Assembly: GCA_030430565.1 (NCBI GenBank)
Contig: JAUIKS010000004.1
Location: forward strand, 205,992-269,991
Length of the DNA: 64,000 bases
From: Polyangia bacterium
Lineage (GTDB): Bacteria > Myxococcota_A > Polyangia > Nannocystales > Nannocystaceae
Direction of reading: 5' to 3'
The position numbers and the translations under genes were made by a program. The notes under the pieces were generated by a model. The model saw only the letters and a program-made list of their open reading frames with translations, made no database searches and was not told the DNA's origin. This document shows, in pieces, positions 1 to 9,442 of the stretch (position 1 is its first letter; each line of letters opens with the position of its first letter).

Positions 1-1
1 C

Positions 2-940
2 GTGCTGTCAAACCACGCCCGTCGCCCTCTTCGACGTTTTCTCGCGATCGTCGCCCCTGTGCTCTGCGCGCTGTGGATCGTCCCGACGAGCGGTCCGGCC
101 GGGGCGGAGACCGGGCCCGGGATCCGCTGGATCGATGTCGGCCAGGGATCGGCCGCGCTCGTGATCGGGCAGGGCGGGGAGGCGGTGATGATCGACTCCG
201 GGCCGCCTGCGGGCGCCGAGGCGATCGTTCACGCGCTCGCCCGCCACAACGTCCAGCGCGTGCAGCTGTGGGTGCACACGCATCACGACGCGGATCATCT
301 CGGCGGGGTCGCGCGCGTGGTCCTCGGAGAAGATGGCCTTGAGGACACCCACGACGACATCGAGGTCGCTACGTTCTGGGACCGCGGGCTCGCGGCGCTC
401 CCCGAGACCTCGGCGGTCACGCGCTATCTCGCGCTGGCGGGGCAGCGGCGCCAGGCGGTCGAACGCGGCGCGCGCTGGGTCTCGGGCGGGCTCGAGATCG
501 AGGTGGTGCTCGACGGTCTCGATCGTCCGGCGAGCGCGGGGGAGAACGCCCGCGGAATCGCGCTCTGTGTGCGCCTCGCCGGCACCAACCTGCTCGCGCC
601 TGGAGACCTGCCGGCGGCGCGGGTCGCCGAGGCGGCCGCGCGTTGTCGTCCGGTCGACATCCTGTGGGCGAGTCACCACGGCGCGCGCGATGGCCTCGAC
701 GCCGGCGCGCTCGTGGCCCTCGAGCATCCCCCGATCGTCGTGATCACCGCAGGCATGGACAACATCCACTGCCACCCGAGCAGGGGCACACTCGCGCTCC
801 TCTCGAGCGCGGGGATCACCGTGTTGATGACGGGGGCCGGAGGCCTCGACCCGCGGGGCGCGTGTCCGTCGCTCGCGGCCTCGCTGCGGCCAACACACCA
901 CATCGAGGGCGGTGACATCTGGCTGGCGCTGCCCGGTTGA
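2..940 (+). CDS. MBL-fold metallo-hydrolase (5' partial; ComEC/beta-lactamase-like domain)
   Basis: Translation contains the HxHxDH-type motif 'VHTHHDADHLGG' and later 'WASHHGARDG' typical of metallo-beta-lactamase-fold hydrolases; ORF runs off window start. Confidence 0.55.
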   Translation: MLSNHARRPLRRFLAIVAPVLCALWIVPTSGPAGAETGPGIRWIDVGQGSAALVIGQGGEAVMIDSGPPAGAEAIVHALARHNVQRVQLWVHTHHDADHLGGVARVVLGEDGLEDTHDDIEVATFWDRGLAALPETSAVTRYLALAGQRRQAVERGARWVSGGLEIEVVLDGLDRPASAGENARGIALCVRLAGTNLLAPGDLPAARVAEAAARCRPVDILWASHHGARDGLDAGALVALEHPPIVVITAGMDNIHCHPSRGTLALLSSAGITVLMTGAGGLDPRGACPSLAASLRPTHHIEGGDIWLALPG

Positions 941-1071
941 GGCGTGAATCTCGCTACGCAGCGCCGCTGCAGAAGCTGCGTGCGTAGCGAGCGCAGTCCG
1001 TTGTGATGCTCCTCGCGCAGTAGCGCGCCCGTGTCGAGCGCGGGCTTCGGACGCTGTTACACTCCCCGGGC

Positions 1072-1653
1072 GTGGTCGGACCCAACCACAGGAGCGTCTC
1101 CTCGATCCGATGTGCCCGCACCCTGTCCTGCGCGTTGGCCGTGGTCCTCGCCGGGGTTACAGGGGCGCTCGCCTGCGCGTCAGGGTGGGTCGATCACGGG
1201 GACACCTACTTCGCCGAGAAGACGAAATCAGCGGCGCCTGAGCAGGCCACCTACAAGTTCACGCCGCCGGGCGCCGACTGGGAGCCGATCGATCAGAAGG
1301 GCGCGCAGGTGGTCTGGGCGAGCCGCTCGTACCCGGCGGTGATCCACCTCGACTCGCAGTGCGGCAAGCACGGCGACAGCTCCCTCGAGCAGTTCACCGA
1401 CCACCTCATGATCGACTTCCGTGAGTGGAAGAAGGTCTCGCAGCAGATCGAGTCGTTCTCCGGCCGCGACGCGGTCCGCACGGTCGTCATCGGCGAGCTC
1501 GACGGCGTTCAGCAGATGCAGATGGAGCTCTTGGTGCTCAAGAAGGACGGCTGCCTGTTCGACTTCCAGCTGCTCGCGCCGCCCTCCTACTTCGCCCAGG
1601 GCAAGGTCGACTTCGATCGCGTCGTCTCTGGCTTCACGTTCCCGATTCGGTGA
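1072..1653 (+). CDS. hypothetical secreted/lipoprotein
   Basis: N-terminal hydrophobic segment 'LSCALAVVLAGVTGALACASG' (signal/lipobox-like); sits immediately upstream of Mla-like operon; exact start uncertain. Confidence 0.4.
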   Translation: MVGPNHRSVSSIRCARTLSCALAVVLAGVTGALACASGWVDHGDTYFAEKTKSAAPEQATYKFTPPGADWEPIDQKGAQVVWASRSYPAVIHLDSQCGKHGDSSLEQFTDHLMIDFREWKKVSQQIESFSGRDAVRTVVIGELDGVQQMQMELLVLKKDGCLFDFQLLAPPSYFAQGKVDFDRVVSGFTFPIR

Positions 1654-1659
1654 GCCACC

Positions 1660-2454
1660 GTGGCCGAGACGTCCCCGCCGCTGCCGACCATCTCCGCGAT
1701 GGGCTCCACGATCCGCGAGGGGATCGAGTGGACCGGCGGGATCTCGCGTCTGTTCGTGATCGCGGTCTCCCAGGGGCTGCGGCGACCCTTCGGGATCTAC
1801 GACATCTTCTATCAGGTCGTCGCCCAGGGCATTCGCAGCATGCCGCTGGCGATCATCATGTCGCTGTTCATCGGCATGGTCCTGACCTACCAGTTCGGCG
1901 AGGCGCTGATGTGGTTCGGGGCCAAGAACGCGGTCGGCTCGGCCGCCTCGCTGGCGCTCGTGCGCGAGATCGTCCCGGTCATCCTCGCGCTCACCGTCGG
2001 CGCCAAGATCGCGACGGGCATGACCGCCGAGCTGGGCTCGATGAAGGTCTCCGAGCAGATCGACGCGATCGCCTCGCTCGGCGCGGACCCGGTCAAGAAG
2101 CTCGTGTGGCCGCGGATCGTCGCGGCGACCGTCGCGCTCCCGCTGCTCTCCGTGCTCGGGAACATCATCGCCATGGCCAGCGGCGGCGCCATCGCTGACA
2201 TGGTGTTCGATGTCCCCTTCGCCTACTTCTACGAGACGTACATCACCCAGCTCACGCCCTTCGACTACGTCTCGGGCCTGATCAAGTCTTTGGTGTTCGG
2301 CGTCCTCGTCGGTCTGATCGGCTGCTACCAGGGCTTCCAGACCAAGTTCGGCACCGAGGCGGTGGGGATCTCGACGACCAACACGGTCGTGGCGACCTCG
2401 ATCGTCATCCTGTTTATGGACTTTGTCCTCACGATGATGTTCTTGCCCATCTAG
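1660..2454 (+). CDS. mlaE: MlaE-family ABC transporter permease
   Basis: Multi-TM translation with MlaE-like conserved stretches (GxxxREG...YQ...EQIDA...); followed directly by ABC ATPase and MCE protein. Confidence 0.7.
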   Translation: MAETSPPLPTISAMGSTIREGIEWTGGISRLFVIAVSQGLRRPFGIYDIFYQVVAQGIRSMPLAIIMSLFIGMVLTYQFGEALMWFGAKNAVGSAASLALVREIVPVILALTVGAKIATGMTAELGSMKVSEQIDAIASLGADPVKKLVWPRIVAATVALPLLSVLGNIIAMASGGAIADMVFDVPFAYFYETYITQLTPFDYVSGLIKSLVFGVLVGLIGCYQGFQTKFGTEAVGISTTNTVVATSIVILFMDFVLTMMFLPI

Positions 2455-2466
2455 CCAGCTGTTCCG

Positions 2467-3216
2467 ATGAGCAAGCCGATCATCGAGCTCCGCGGCGTTC
2501 ACAAGGCCTTCGGCGAGCACGTCGTCTACCGCGATATGCACCTGCAGGTTCGCACCGGCGAGACGCTGACGGTGATCGGCGGCTCGGGGCAGGGCAAGAG
2601 CGTGTGCCTCAAGCTCATGACCGGGCTGCTCACGGCCGAGCAGGGCGAGGTCCTGTTCGACGGCGAGGACGTGGGCAACATGTCCCACGTCGAGCTCGTG
2701 CGGTTGCGCCGGCGGATGTCGATGGTGTTCCAGGGCGGCGCGCTGTTTGACTCCATGAACGTGCTCGAAAACGTCGGCTACGCGCTGCGCGAGCACACCA
2801 AGATGAGCGATGACGCGATTTTAAAGCGCGCGCGCGAGTGCCTCGAGCTCGTCGGGCTCGGCGGCGATCCCAAGCTGATCTTCCGGATGCCCGCGAGCTT
2901 GAGCGGCGGCATGCGCAAGCGGGTCGCGATCGCGCGCTCGATCGCCATCAAGCCAGAGGTTATCCTCTACGACGAGCCGACCACGGGGCTGGATCCCATG
3001 AATTGCAACGTGATCGCGCGCATGATCATGAAGCTTCAGCGCGAGCTCAGCGTGACCAGTATCGTGGTGACGCACGAGATGCCGCTGGCCTTCGAGGTCT
3101 CCGATCGAATCGTCATGTTACATGACAAGCACTTCCCGTTTCAGGGCACGCCCGACGAGCTGCACCGCATGACCGATCCCGCGGTCAAGGACTTCGTCGA
3201 AGGAAGGGTCGACTAA
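2467..3216 (+). CDS. mlaF: MlaF-family ABC transporter ATP-binding protein
   Basis: Walker A 'GGSGQGKS', ABC signature 'LSGGMRKRVAIARS', Walker B 'ILYDEPTTGLD'. Confidence 0.8.
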   Translation: MSKPIIELRGVHKAFGEHVVYRDMHLQVRTGETLTVIGGSGQGKSVCLKLMTGLLTAEQGEVLFDGEDVGNMSHVELVRLRRRMSMVFQGGALFDSMNVLENVGYALREHTKMSDDAILKRARECLELVGLGGDPKLIFRMPASLSGGMRKRVAIARSIAIKPEVILYDEPTTGLDPMNCNVIARMIMKLQRELSVTSIVVTHEMPLAFEVSDRIVMLHDKHFPFQGTPDELHRMTDPAVKDFVEGRVD

Positions 3217-3220
3217 GCAT

Positions 3221-4579
3221 ATGGCGCGTAAAAACGAGCAACGCCTCAACCTCATCGTCGGCCTGTTCGTCGTCGCGCTTGGCGTGTTGTTCGGGATCTC
3301 GCTCTACATCATCGGCCAGGGCAAGGGCGCCTGGAAGAAGAAGACGACCATCTACGCCGACTTCCGCAGCATCTCGGGGCTCAAGAAGGGCAGCCCGGTG
3401 CAGATCGAGGGCATCGAGATCGGCGTGGTCAAGAGCCGCGAGTTCGTCCAGCCCGACTACCGCTGTGACCACGCGACCGAGGACAAGGGCCGCTACTCCG
3501 GCAAGCGCACCGACGACTGCGATCGCACGATGTTCTGCGCGCCCGAGGGCATGTGCGCGGAGCTCGAGCCGTTCTCGTCGAACCGCGAGCTGCACCCGCC
3601 GTGCTCCGACGACTCGCACTGCAACGAGGGCGAGGTCTGCGTCACCCGCGGGTTCCGCCGTCGCTATCGCAACGTGACCTGGACCGGATCCAACGGCGTC
3701 TGCGCGGCCTACACGACCCAGCACAAGCGCATCCGCGTCTCGCTCGAGGTGTTCGAGGAGTCGCTGCAGCACATCCGCGATGACAGCCGCGCGTCGGTCT
3801 CGCAAAACGGCGTGCTCGGCGACCAGCTCGTGCAGATCTCCGCCGGTCGCGGGGAGCCGATCCAGCCCGGTGGTCGCATCCAGTCGACGCCCTCGCTGAT
3901 CGAGGACCTGTACGCGGTCAAGGACCGGGTCGACGGCATGTTCGTCAAGGTCGAGGAGATCCTCGGCGGCGTCGCCGACCTCGCCCAGGCGCTCGCGGAC
4001 GAGAACACCGTGCGCAACGTCCAGGGCCTCCTGGCCAACGCCAACGAGGTCTCGCGCCAGGTCGCCGAGGGCAAGGGCCTGGTCGGCGCGCTGCTCAACG
4101 ACGAGGCCTACGTCGCGGACTTCGGCTCGACGCTGCGGAGCATCCGCAACACCGCCGGCGGCCTCGACCGCTTCGTCAAGAAGGCGAACAACAGCCTCGG
4201 CAAGCTCGACAAGAACATCCAGCCCATCGTCGAGGAGGGCCGCGACGTGCTCGCGCAGATCAAGAAGGTGATCGTCGAGCTCAAGGACCCCAACAACAAG
4301 AGCGTCGTCTCGAAGCTGCTCTACGACGATGACGGGCAGATGGTCAAAGACCTCGAGGAGACCGTCGATAACCTCAACAAGGTGATCGCGGCGATCGAGC
4401 GCGGCGAGGGCTCGGCCGGCAAGCTGATCAAGGACCCGAAGGCCTACGACGACCTGGTCAAGCTGCTGGGCAACATCGAGCGCAACAACACGCTCAAGCG
4501 CCTGGTCCGCTACGTGATGGAGAAGGAAGAGGCCGCCAGCGGCGCTGGCCCGACCGCGACCCCGGCGGACTCGAACTAG
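3221..4579 (+). CDS. MCE/MlaD-family protein with Cys-rich insertion and long C-terminal coiled region
   Basis: N-terminal TM helix plus MCE-like core ('YADFRSISGLKKGSPVQIEGIEIGVV'); 10-Cys insert at aa ~82-165; 4-nt gap after ATPase gene. Confidence 0.65.
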   Translation: MARKNEQRLNLIVGLFVVALGVLFGISLYIIGQGKGAWKKKTTIYADFRSISGLKKGSPVQIEGIEIGVVKSREFVQPDYRCDHATEDKGRYSGKRTDDCDRTMFCAPEGMCAELEPFSSNRELHPPCSDDSHCNEGEVCVTRGFRRRYRNVTWTGSNGVCAAYTTQHKRIRVSLEVFEESLQHIRDDSRASVSQNGVLGDQLVQISAGRGEPIQPGGRIQSTPSLIEDLYAVKDRVDGMFVKVEEILGGVADLAQALADENTVRNVQGLLANANEVSRQVAEGKGLVGALLNDEAYVADFGSTLRSIRNTAGGLDRFVKKANNSLGKLDKNIQPIVEEGRDVLAQIKKVIVELKDPNNKSVVSKLLYDDDGQMVKDLEETVDNLNKVIAAIERGEGSAGKLIKDPKAYDDLVKLLGNIERNNTLKRLVRYVMEKEEAASGAGPTATPADSN

Positions 4580-5613
4580 CCGTCGAGCGAGCTATCGATC
4601 TCCGTGACGAAGCGGAGCAGCTCGTCGGCGATGCGCCCGGGGAACTCCGCCGGCAGCGCGTGGGTCGCCTCCGGCAGCACCTGCCACTGCCCGTGCGGGA
4701 TCGCGAAGGCGAGCTCGCGCATGGTGGCGAGCGGCACGAAGCTGTCGCGGGCGCCCGCGATGACGCGGGTCGGGACGTTCACGCGGGGGAGCAGATCGGC
4801 GGCGGTGTGACGGTGCGCCGCGCCCAGCAGCTCGGTGAAGAGCTCCGGGTTCACCTCGGAGACCTGCCGCAGGTAGATGTCGAGGTCGGCCTTGTCGAGG
4901 CGCTCGGGGTTGACCTGAAAGCGGATCCCGATCTCGCGCGCGAGCGGGTGTGAGGTCGCGGCGCGCCACCATCGGGAGGTGGTCTCAGGGACAGCTTTAG
5001 TAGCGAGCGAGACGAAGGGCAGCGCGTAGCCGAACACGTGGGTGCGCTGAAAATTGTCGAGCACGCGCCCGCTCGGGCCGGCGAGCGAGACGAGCCCGCT
5101 GACCAGCGCGCGGTGCCGGCGAAACAGCTCGAGCGCGACCTGAAAGCCCATCGAGAAGCCCACCGCGATCACGGAGCGGATGCCGACGTGGGCGCAGGCG
5201 GCCGCGGCGTCGTCGGCGAGCACCTCGATCCCCAGGTTCCAGGGGCGGGGCGGGAGCGGAGACCTGCCGTGACCGCGGTAGTGCATCAGCAGCACCGTGT
5301 GGTCCTTGGCGAGCGTCGGGATGATCTGCTTGAAGGCCCAGCCCGAGCAGCCGATGCCGTCGAGGATGAGGAGCGCGCGCCGACCCTCCGCCGGGGCCGG
5401 GCCGCTCAGCTCGAGGTGCAGCGAGATGTCTCCCGCGTGGTTAAACGTGATGACGCGGGCGCCAGGGATGCTCGCCCGCGTGTTCGGCAAATCCGCCATA
5501 TCCGCCATAGACAGGTTGCGAGGTGGGGGCACGGAGGCCCGGATCGAGAACGGCAGCCACCGGGATAGCGGGGCTGCCGTGTGGATCCCCCGCGAGTGGC
5601 TCGCGGGCATCAC
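4576..5613 (-). CDS. alpha/beta-fold hydrolase
   Basis: 'HYRGHGRS' oxyanion-region motif and nucleophile elbow 'GFSMGF' (GxSxG) in translation. Confidence 0.6.
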   Translation of the reverse strand: MMPASHSRGIHTAAPLSRWLPFSIRASVPPPRNLSMADMADLPNTRASIPGARVITFNHAGDISLHLELSGPAPAEGRRALLILDGIGCSGWAFKQIIPTLAKDHTVLLMHYRGHGRSPLPPRPWNLGIEVLADDAAAACAHVGIRSVIAVGFSMGFQVALELFRRHRALVSGLVSLAGPSGRVLDNFQRTHVFGYALPFVSLATKAVPETTSRWWRAATSHPLAREIGIRFQVNPERLDKADLDIYLRQVSEVNPELFTELLGAAHRHTAADLLPRVNVPTRVIAGARDSFVPLATMRELAFAIPHGQWQVLPEATHALPAEFPGRIADELLRFVTEIDSSLDG

Positions 5614-5629
5614 CGGGAACGATACAGAG

Positions 5630-5857
5630 TCAGCTGGACGCCTGAGCTTCGGTGCGACCCTTGTCGTCGTCGGGCTCGTCGTCGGGGATGTCGTTGACGC
5701 TCGGGTACTTCATGATCTCCCGACGCGCGATCTTCCAGGCCTTCTGCACGATCCAGGAGAGGGATCGATCCTGACGCGCAGCCTCACCCTGAATTTCCTT
5801 GAGCATGCTCTCTGGGAAGTAAAGTGACTGCTTGCGCTTATCCGATTTCGACGCCAT
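5630..5857 (-). CDS. small ribbon-helix-helix (CopG/Arc-like) DNA-binding protein
   Basis: 75-aa product 'MASKSDKRKQSLYFPESMLKEIQGEAARQDRSLSWIVQKAWKIARREI...' has the beta-strand/helix pattern of RHH regulators with an acidic tail; 16 nt upstream of the hydrolase gene on the same strand. Confidence 0.45.
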   Translation of the reverse strand: MASKSDKRKQSLYFPESMLKEIQGEAARQDRSLSWIVQKAWKIARREIMKYPSVNDIPDDEPDDDKGRTEAQASS

Positions 5858-6012
5858 GAAGCTTGATCTCCCCTGATGTTTCTGGTGTTCCAGCGTAGGT
5901 GAGGGCAAATTGCCTGTCAACTAGGGCCTTCATGTTCCGACCCGCTGGGACCCGCTAAAAGTTCCGCGCATGGGTTCGTCTTCGTGCCCACATCTGTCCA
6001 TCCCGATTAACA

Positions 6013-6836
6013 TGTCTGTGCGCGATTCGAATCCTAAACGAGCGGAGCTGGGACACCCGCGAGCGGACGAAGAACCAGCCCCGGATCCCGCGAGGGCGGC
6101 GTCTCGCACGGGGCGTGGGCGTGGGCGCGGGCGCGCGTCGTCCGAGGACGGCGCGGACGGACGCGTGACGCGGGCTCAGCAGCGACGGGCGCAGCGACGC
6201 TCCGCGATCCTCGCGGCGGCGCGGCGTGTTTTCAGCCGCAAGGGCTATCACGAGGCGTCGATCGGCGACATCATTGATGAGGCACAGATCGCGCGCGGGA
6301 CGTTCTATCTTTACTTCCACAGCAAGCGCGAGATCTTCGCGGAGCTGCGCGACGCGTTCCTCGAATTAATCCGCGGCAGCGTCCAGCGCATCTCGCTCGA
6401 TCCGAGCGACGGCGAGCCGCTGCAGCAGATGCGCGCGAACTTCCGCCGCGTGATGACGGTGGTGCTCGAGCACGAGCAGCTGGCCGCGATCATGCTCCGC
6501 GACCCGATGTCCTTCGACGCCGACACGCGGGTCGAGGTCGAGCAGTTCTTCGACCAGATCATCACGCTCATCGAGCGCGCGATCGAGGTCGGCCACGCGC
6601 TCGGAATGGCCCGCGATTGTGATCGCCACACGATCGCCGTGGCCGCGCTCGGGGCTCTCCGCGAGATCCTGCTGCGCATGATCGACGCCCGCCGAACCGC
6701 GAACGCGTCGACGGCCAGCGCCGATTCCGCGGGCGGGGCTGAAGACGGGGCGAATCACAGCGCCGAGGGCTTTCCCGAGATCGAGCAATTGGTCGATGAG
6801 CTGCTCGCGTTTTTCGCCCGCGGGGTCTTTACCTGA
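6013..6836 (+). CDS. TetR/AcrR-family transcriptional regulator
   Basis: HTH region 'ILAAARRVFSRKGYHEASIGDIIDEAQIARGTFYLYFHSKREIF'; start ambiguous (ORF opens at 5970, ATG at 6013). Confidence 0.7.
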
Positions 6837-6926
6837 CGCGTCGACTTGGCGTAGTCTTCCGCGCCGATCTTGAGTGATTTTGCCCGCTGAGGGCGCGGTC
6901 CTCGTTGGCGGGAGACAAGGGCGAAC

Positions 6927-7298
6927 ATGGAACTTTCCCAGGCGCAGCTGAAGCAGTTCAAGGAGCTCCTCCTCGGCAAACAGAGAGATCTGATCACGGC
7001 CGCTCGGCAGACGCTCACCACGGAGATGGAGCTGTCGCCGGACGATCGTTTTGATGAGGTGGACCAGGCCTCCAGCGAGTACATGCAGGCCTTCTCGTTC
7101 CGGCTGCGCGGTCGTGAGCAGCACTTGATGAACAAGATCGCGCTCGCGCTGCGCAAGATCGACGAGGGCTCCTTCGGCGTCTGCGAAGAGTGCGAGGAGA
7201 TGATCGCGATCAAGCGCCTGCAGGCGCGCCCCGAGGCGCCGCTGTGCATCCAGTGCAAAGAGGCCCAGGAGAAGGAAGAGGCCGTCTACGCGGATTAG
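6927..7298 (+). CDS. DksA/TraR-family C4-type zinc-finger protein
   Basis: C-terminal 'CEECEEMIAIKRLQARPEAPLCIQCKE' four-Cys finger preceded by coiled-coil region. Confidence 0.6.
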   Translation: MELSQAQLKQFKELLLGKQRDLITAARQTLTTEMELSPDDRFDEVDQASSEYMQAFSFRLRGREQHLMNKIALALRKIDEGSFGVCEECEEMIAIKRLQARPEAPLCIQCKEAQEKEEAVYAD

Positions 7299-7363
7299 TT
7301 CCGCGTCGCGGACGGTCCCGTCCGGTCACTGCGCGACCGGGTGAGAGACGCTAGGCTGCTTCG

Positions 7364-8266
7364 ATGTTTCCGGTCCTCTTCACGCTCCCCGGGCTTGGGT
7401 GGGATGTTCAGGCCTACGGCGTGTTCATGGGGCTCGCGCTCCTGCTCGGGTGGGTGTTGACGCTCCGCTCCGCCCGCGCGGACCTGCTGCCGAGCGAGCG
7501 TATTGGCACCGTCTACGTGGCGAGCGTGCTGCTGGCGGTGCTGGCGGGACGCGCGATGTGGCTCTTGCAGGTGCCCGGCGGGTTGTCGGCGGGCTCGCTG
7601 TTCAGCCTGCAGGCGGGCGGCTCTTCGATCGTTGGCGCGTTGATCGTCGGCCTGGTGGTCAGCGGCGTGATGTGCTGGCGCGGGAAGATCCCGTGGCTGG
7701 CCACCCTCGACTGCGGCGCGCCATGGTTCGCGCTCGGCGTCGTCCTGGAGCGCGTCGGCGCGGTTTTGGCCGGCGCGGATTTTGGCCGCTATGTCGCGCC
7801 CGGTGAGCTCGGCTATCGCCTGCACCTCGTCTACCCCGAGGGCTCGCCGGCGTTCTTGTTCCATCACCGCGCCATGGAGTCGTTTCGCGGGCTCCCCGAG
7901 ACGACCTCGGCGCCGGTCCACCCCTCGCAGCTGTACACGGCGGCCTTCGCCCTGCTCGCGTTGGCCGTCGGGTTGTGGATCCGAAAGCGCCGGCGGTTCT
8001 CCGGCCAGGTCGTGTTCGCGGTCGCGGCCATGTACCTGTTCGCCCGCTTCGGGATCGAGGAGACGCTGCGTCTTGGCGCCCCCGACGCGATGATCGGGCC
8101 GTTTCGGGTGACGCAGCTGACGACGCTCGGTCTGCTGTTCGTGCTCTGGATCGGCTACCAGCAGGTCGCGAGCCGGGCGGCCTCCGCCGATGATGGTTGG
8201 CGGCACTGGTTGGGCGGGCCGTGGTCGGGTCAGGGCGAGGAGCGCTCCGGGAAGTCCGCGACGTGA
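7364..8266 (+). CDS. lgt: prolipoprotein diacylglyceryl transferase
   Basis: N-terminus 'MFPVLFTLPGLGWDVQAYGVFMGLALLLGW' and multi-TM architecture typical of Lgt. Confidence 0.7.
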   Translation: MFPVLFTLPGLGWDVQAYGVFMGLALLLGWVLTLRSARADLLPSERIGTVYVASVLLAVLAGRAMWLLQVPGGLSAGSLFSLQAGGSSIVGALIVGLVVSGVMCWRGKIPWLATLDCGAPWFALGVVLERVGAVLAGADFGRYVAPGELGYRLHLVYPEGSPAFLFHHRAMESFRGLPETTSAPVHPSQLYTAAFALLALAVGLWIRKRRRFSGQVVFAVAAMYLFARFGIEETLRLGAPDAMIGPFRVTQLTTLGLLFVLWIGYQQVASRAASADDGWRHWLGGPWSGQGEERSGKSAT

Positions 8267-8940
8267 GCTCAGCGCGCGGGCCCGTCCCGGTGGTGCTGAT
8301 CCACGGGGCGCTGCGGGGCCGGGCGGGCATGTGGCCGACCGCGCTCGCGTTGCGTCGTCGCGGCTTCGACGCGCGCCCGTTCGGCTACGCGACGCGGCGC
8401 GACTCCCTAGAGGAGCACGGCGCCCGCTTGGCCGACTTTATCGCCGCCTGGCAGTCGGAGCGCGGCGCCACGAATTGGCCGGTTCTCGGCATCATGACCC
8501 ACAGCATGGGCGGTCTCGTGGCGCGCGCGTATCTGGCCTCGGAGGCGGCTGGAGCGCAGTCTCGCGCGCAGCGCGTCGTCATGCTCGCGCCGCCGAACCG
8601 CGGCGCCTACGTGGCCGAGCAGATGCACGGCTGGCGACCGTTTCACGTTATGTACGGACGCGCGGCTGAGGAGCTGCAGCCGCGTCGCGTCGCGCAGCTT
8701 CCGGGTCCGCCGGCGAGCGCGCGAATTCTGCTCATCGCGGGCGGTCGGGCGAGCGGGGAACGGGGCTATGTGGCCCGGATCCCGGGCAATAACGACGGCC
8801 TCGTGGGGGTCGATGAGACCCGCCTCGACAGTCGGCCCGAGCTCGAGCCCGAGCTCATCCCGAGCTCGCACTCGTGGCTGCAATGGCGCCCGCGGGTGCT
8901 GCGGCGCGCGGCCGACTTCCTCGCGGCCGAGGACCGCTAG
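8263..8940 (+). CDS. alpha/beta hydrolase (lipase-like)
   Basis: 'VVLIHGA' and 'THSMGGLVAR' (GxSxG); GTG start overlapping lgt stop as GTGA (ORF opens 8197). Confidence 0.5.
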   Translation: MSSARGPVPVVLIHGALRGRAGMWPTALALRRRGFDARPFGYATRRDSLEEHGARLADFIAAWQSERGATNWPVLGIMTHSMGGLVARAYLASEAAGAQSRAQRVVMLAPPNRGAYVAEQMHGWRPFHVMYGRAAEELQPRRVAQLPGPPASARILLIAGGRASGERGYVARIPGNNDGLVGVDETRLDSRPELEPELIPSSHSWLQWRPRVLRRAADFLAAEDR

Positions 8941-8952
8941 AGGACCGCAAAG

Positions 8953-8978
8953 ACAAAAAAAACCGGCCACGTGGCCGG
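8953..8978 (-). terminator. Rho-independent terminator downstream of tRNA (minus strand); possibly bidirectional
   Basis: Perfect 16-bp palindrome CCGGCCACGTGGCCGG (8963-8978) followed on the minus strand by a run of 8 T (plus-strand A-run 8955-8962). Confidence 0.6.
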
Positions 8979-9001
8979 TTCCGTCTGTTCCATTTGAGGA
9001 G

Positions 9002-9075
<74 letters not shown>

Positions 9076-9442
9076 AGGGGCGAAGGTGGTTACCGGAACG
9101 CGCGACTCGAGTCAACCGGTTTCGCGGTCAGGATTTTTGTCGTTGAGGGATAGTATGGAAAGCGTGAACGACCGCGCGACCGTGAGGGAGCACAAGCGGC
9201 CGGATAAAGCGATTGACAGCGCGCGCCCGCGTGATACGACCGCTTTGATCGTGGGCAAGAAAACGCTCGAATTCGCCGTTTACGGGGCCGAACACGCCCA
9301 AGTCATGGGGAATTCGCGGACGCGCCTCGATCCGATTCACCGCGCCGGGACGCCTCGCGCGATGTGGTTGGATCTTCCGAAGCGGTGCGTCCCACGAACG
9401 CGGAATTGGGGGTAGTTCCCCCGCGCCAGAGATGAGGAATCC

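Noticed and set aside
1228-2796. Long antisense or out-of-frame ORFs throughout the track (examples: 1228-2796 minus, 8-901 minus, 10710-12302 minus, 22193-24784 minus, 40064-41575 minus, 54199-55302 plus, 58253-59320 plus, 16485-17837 minus)
   Set aside because: Translations are dominated by R/A/G/P runs with no motifs. They overlap well-supported genes with clear family signatures on the other strand or frame. This is typical stop-codon-poor shadow ORFs of ~70% GC DNA.
9086-9415. 109-aa ORF upstream of thiolase
   Set aside because: Lower-GC leader region between the tRNA and the thiolase gene. No motif, and codon usage unlike neighbours. More likely promoter/5'-UTR.
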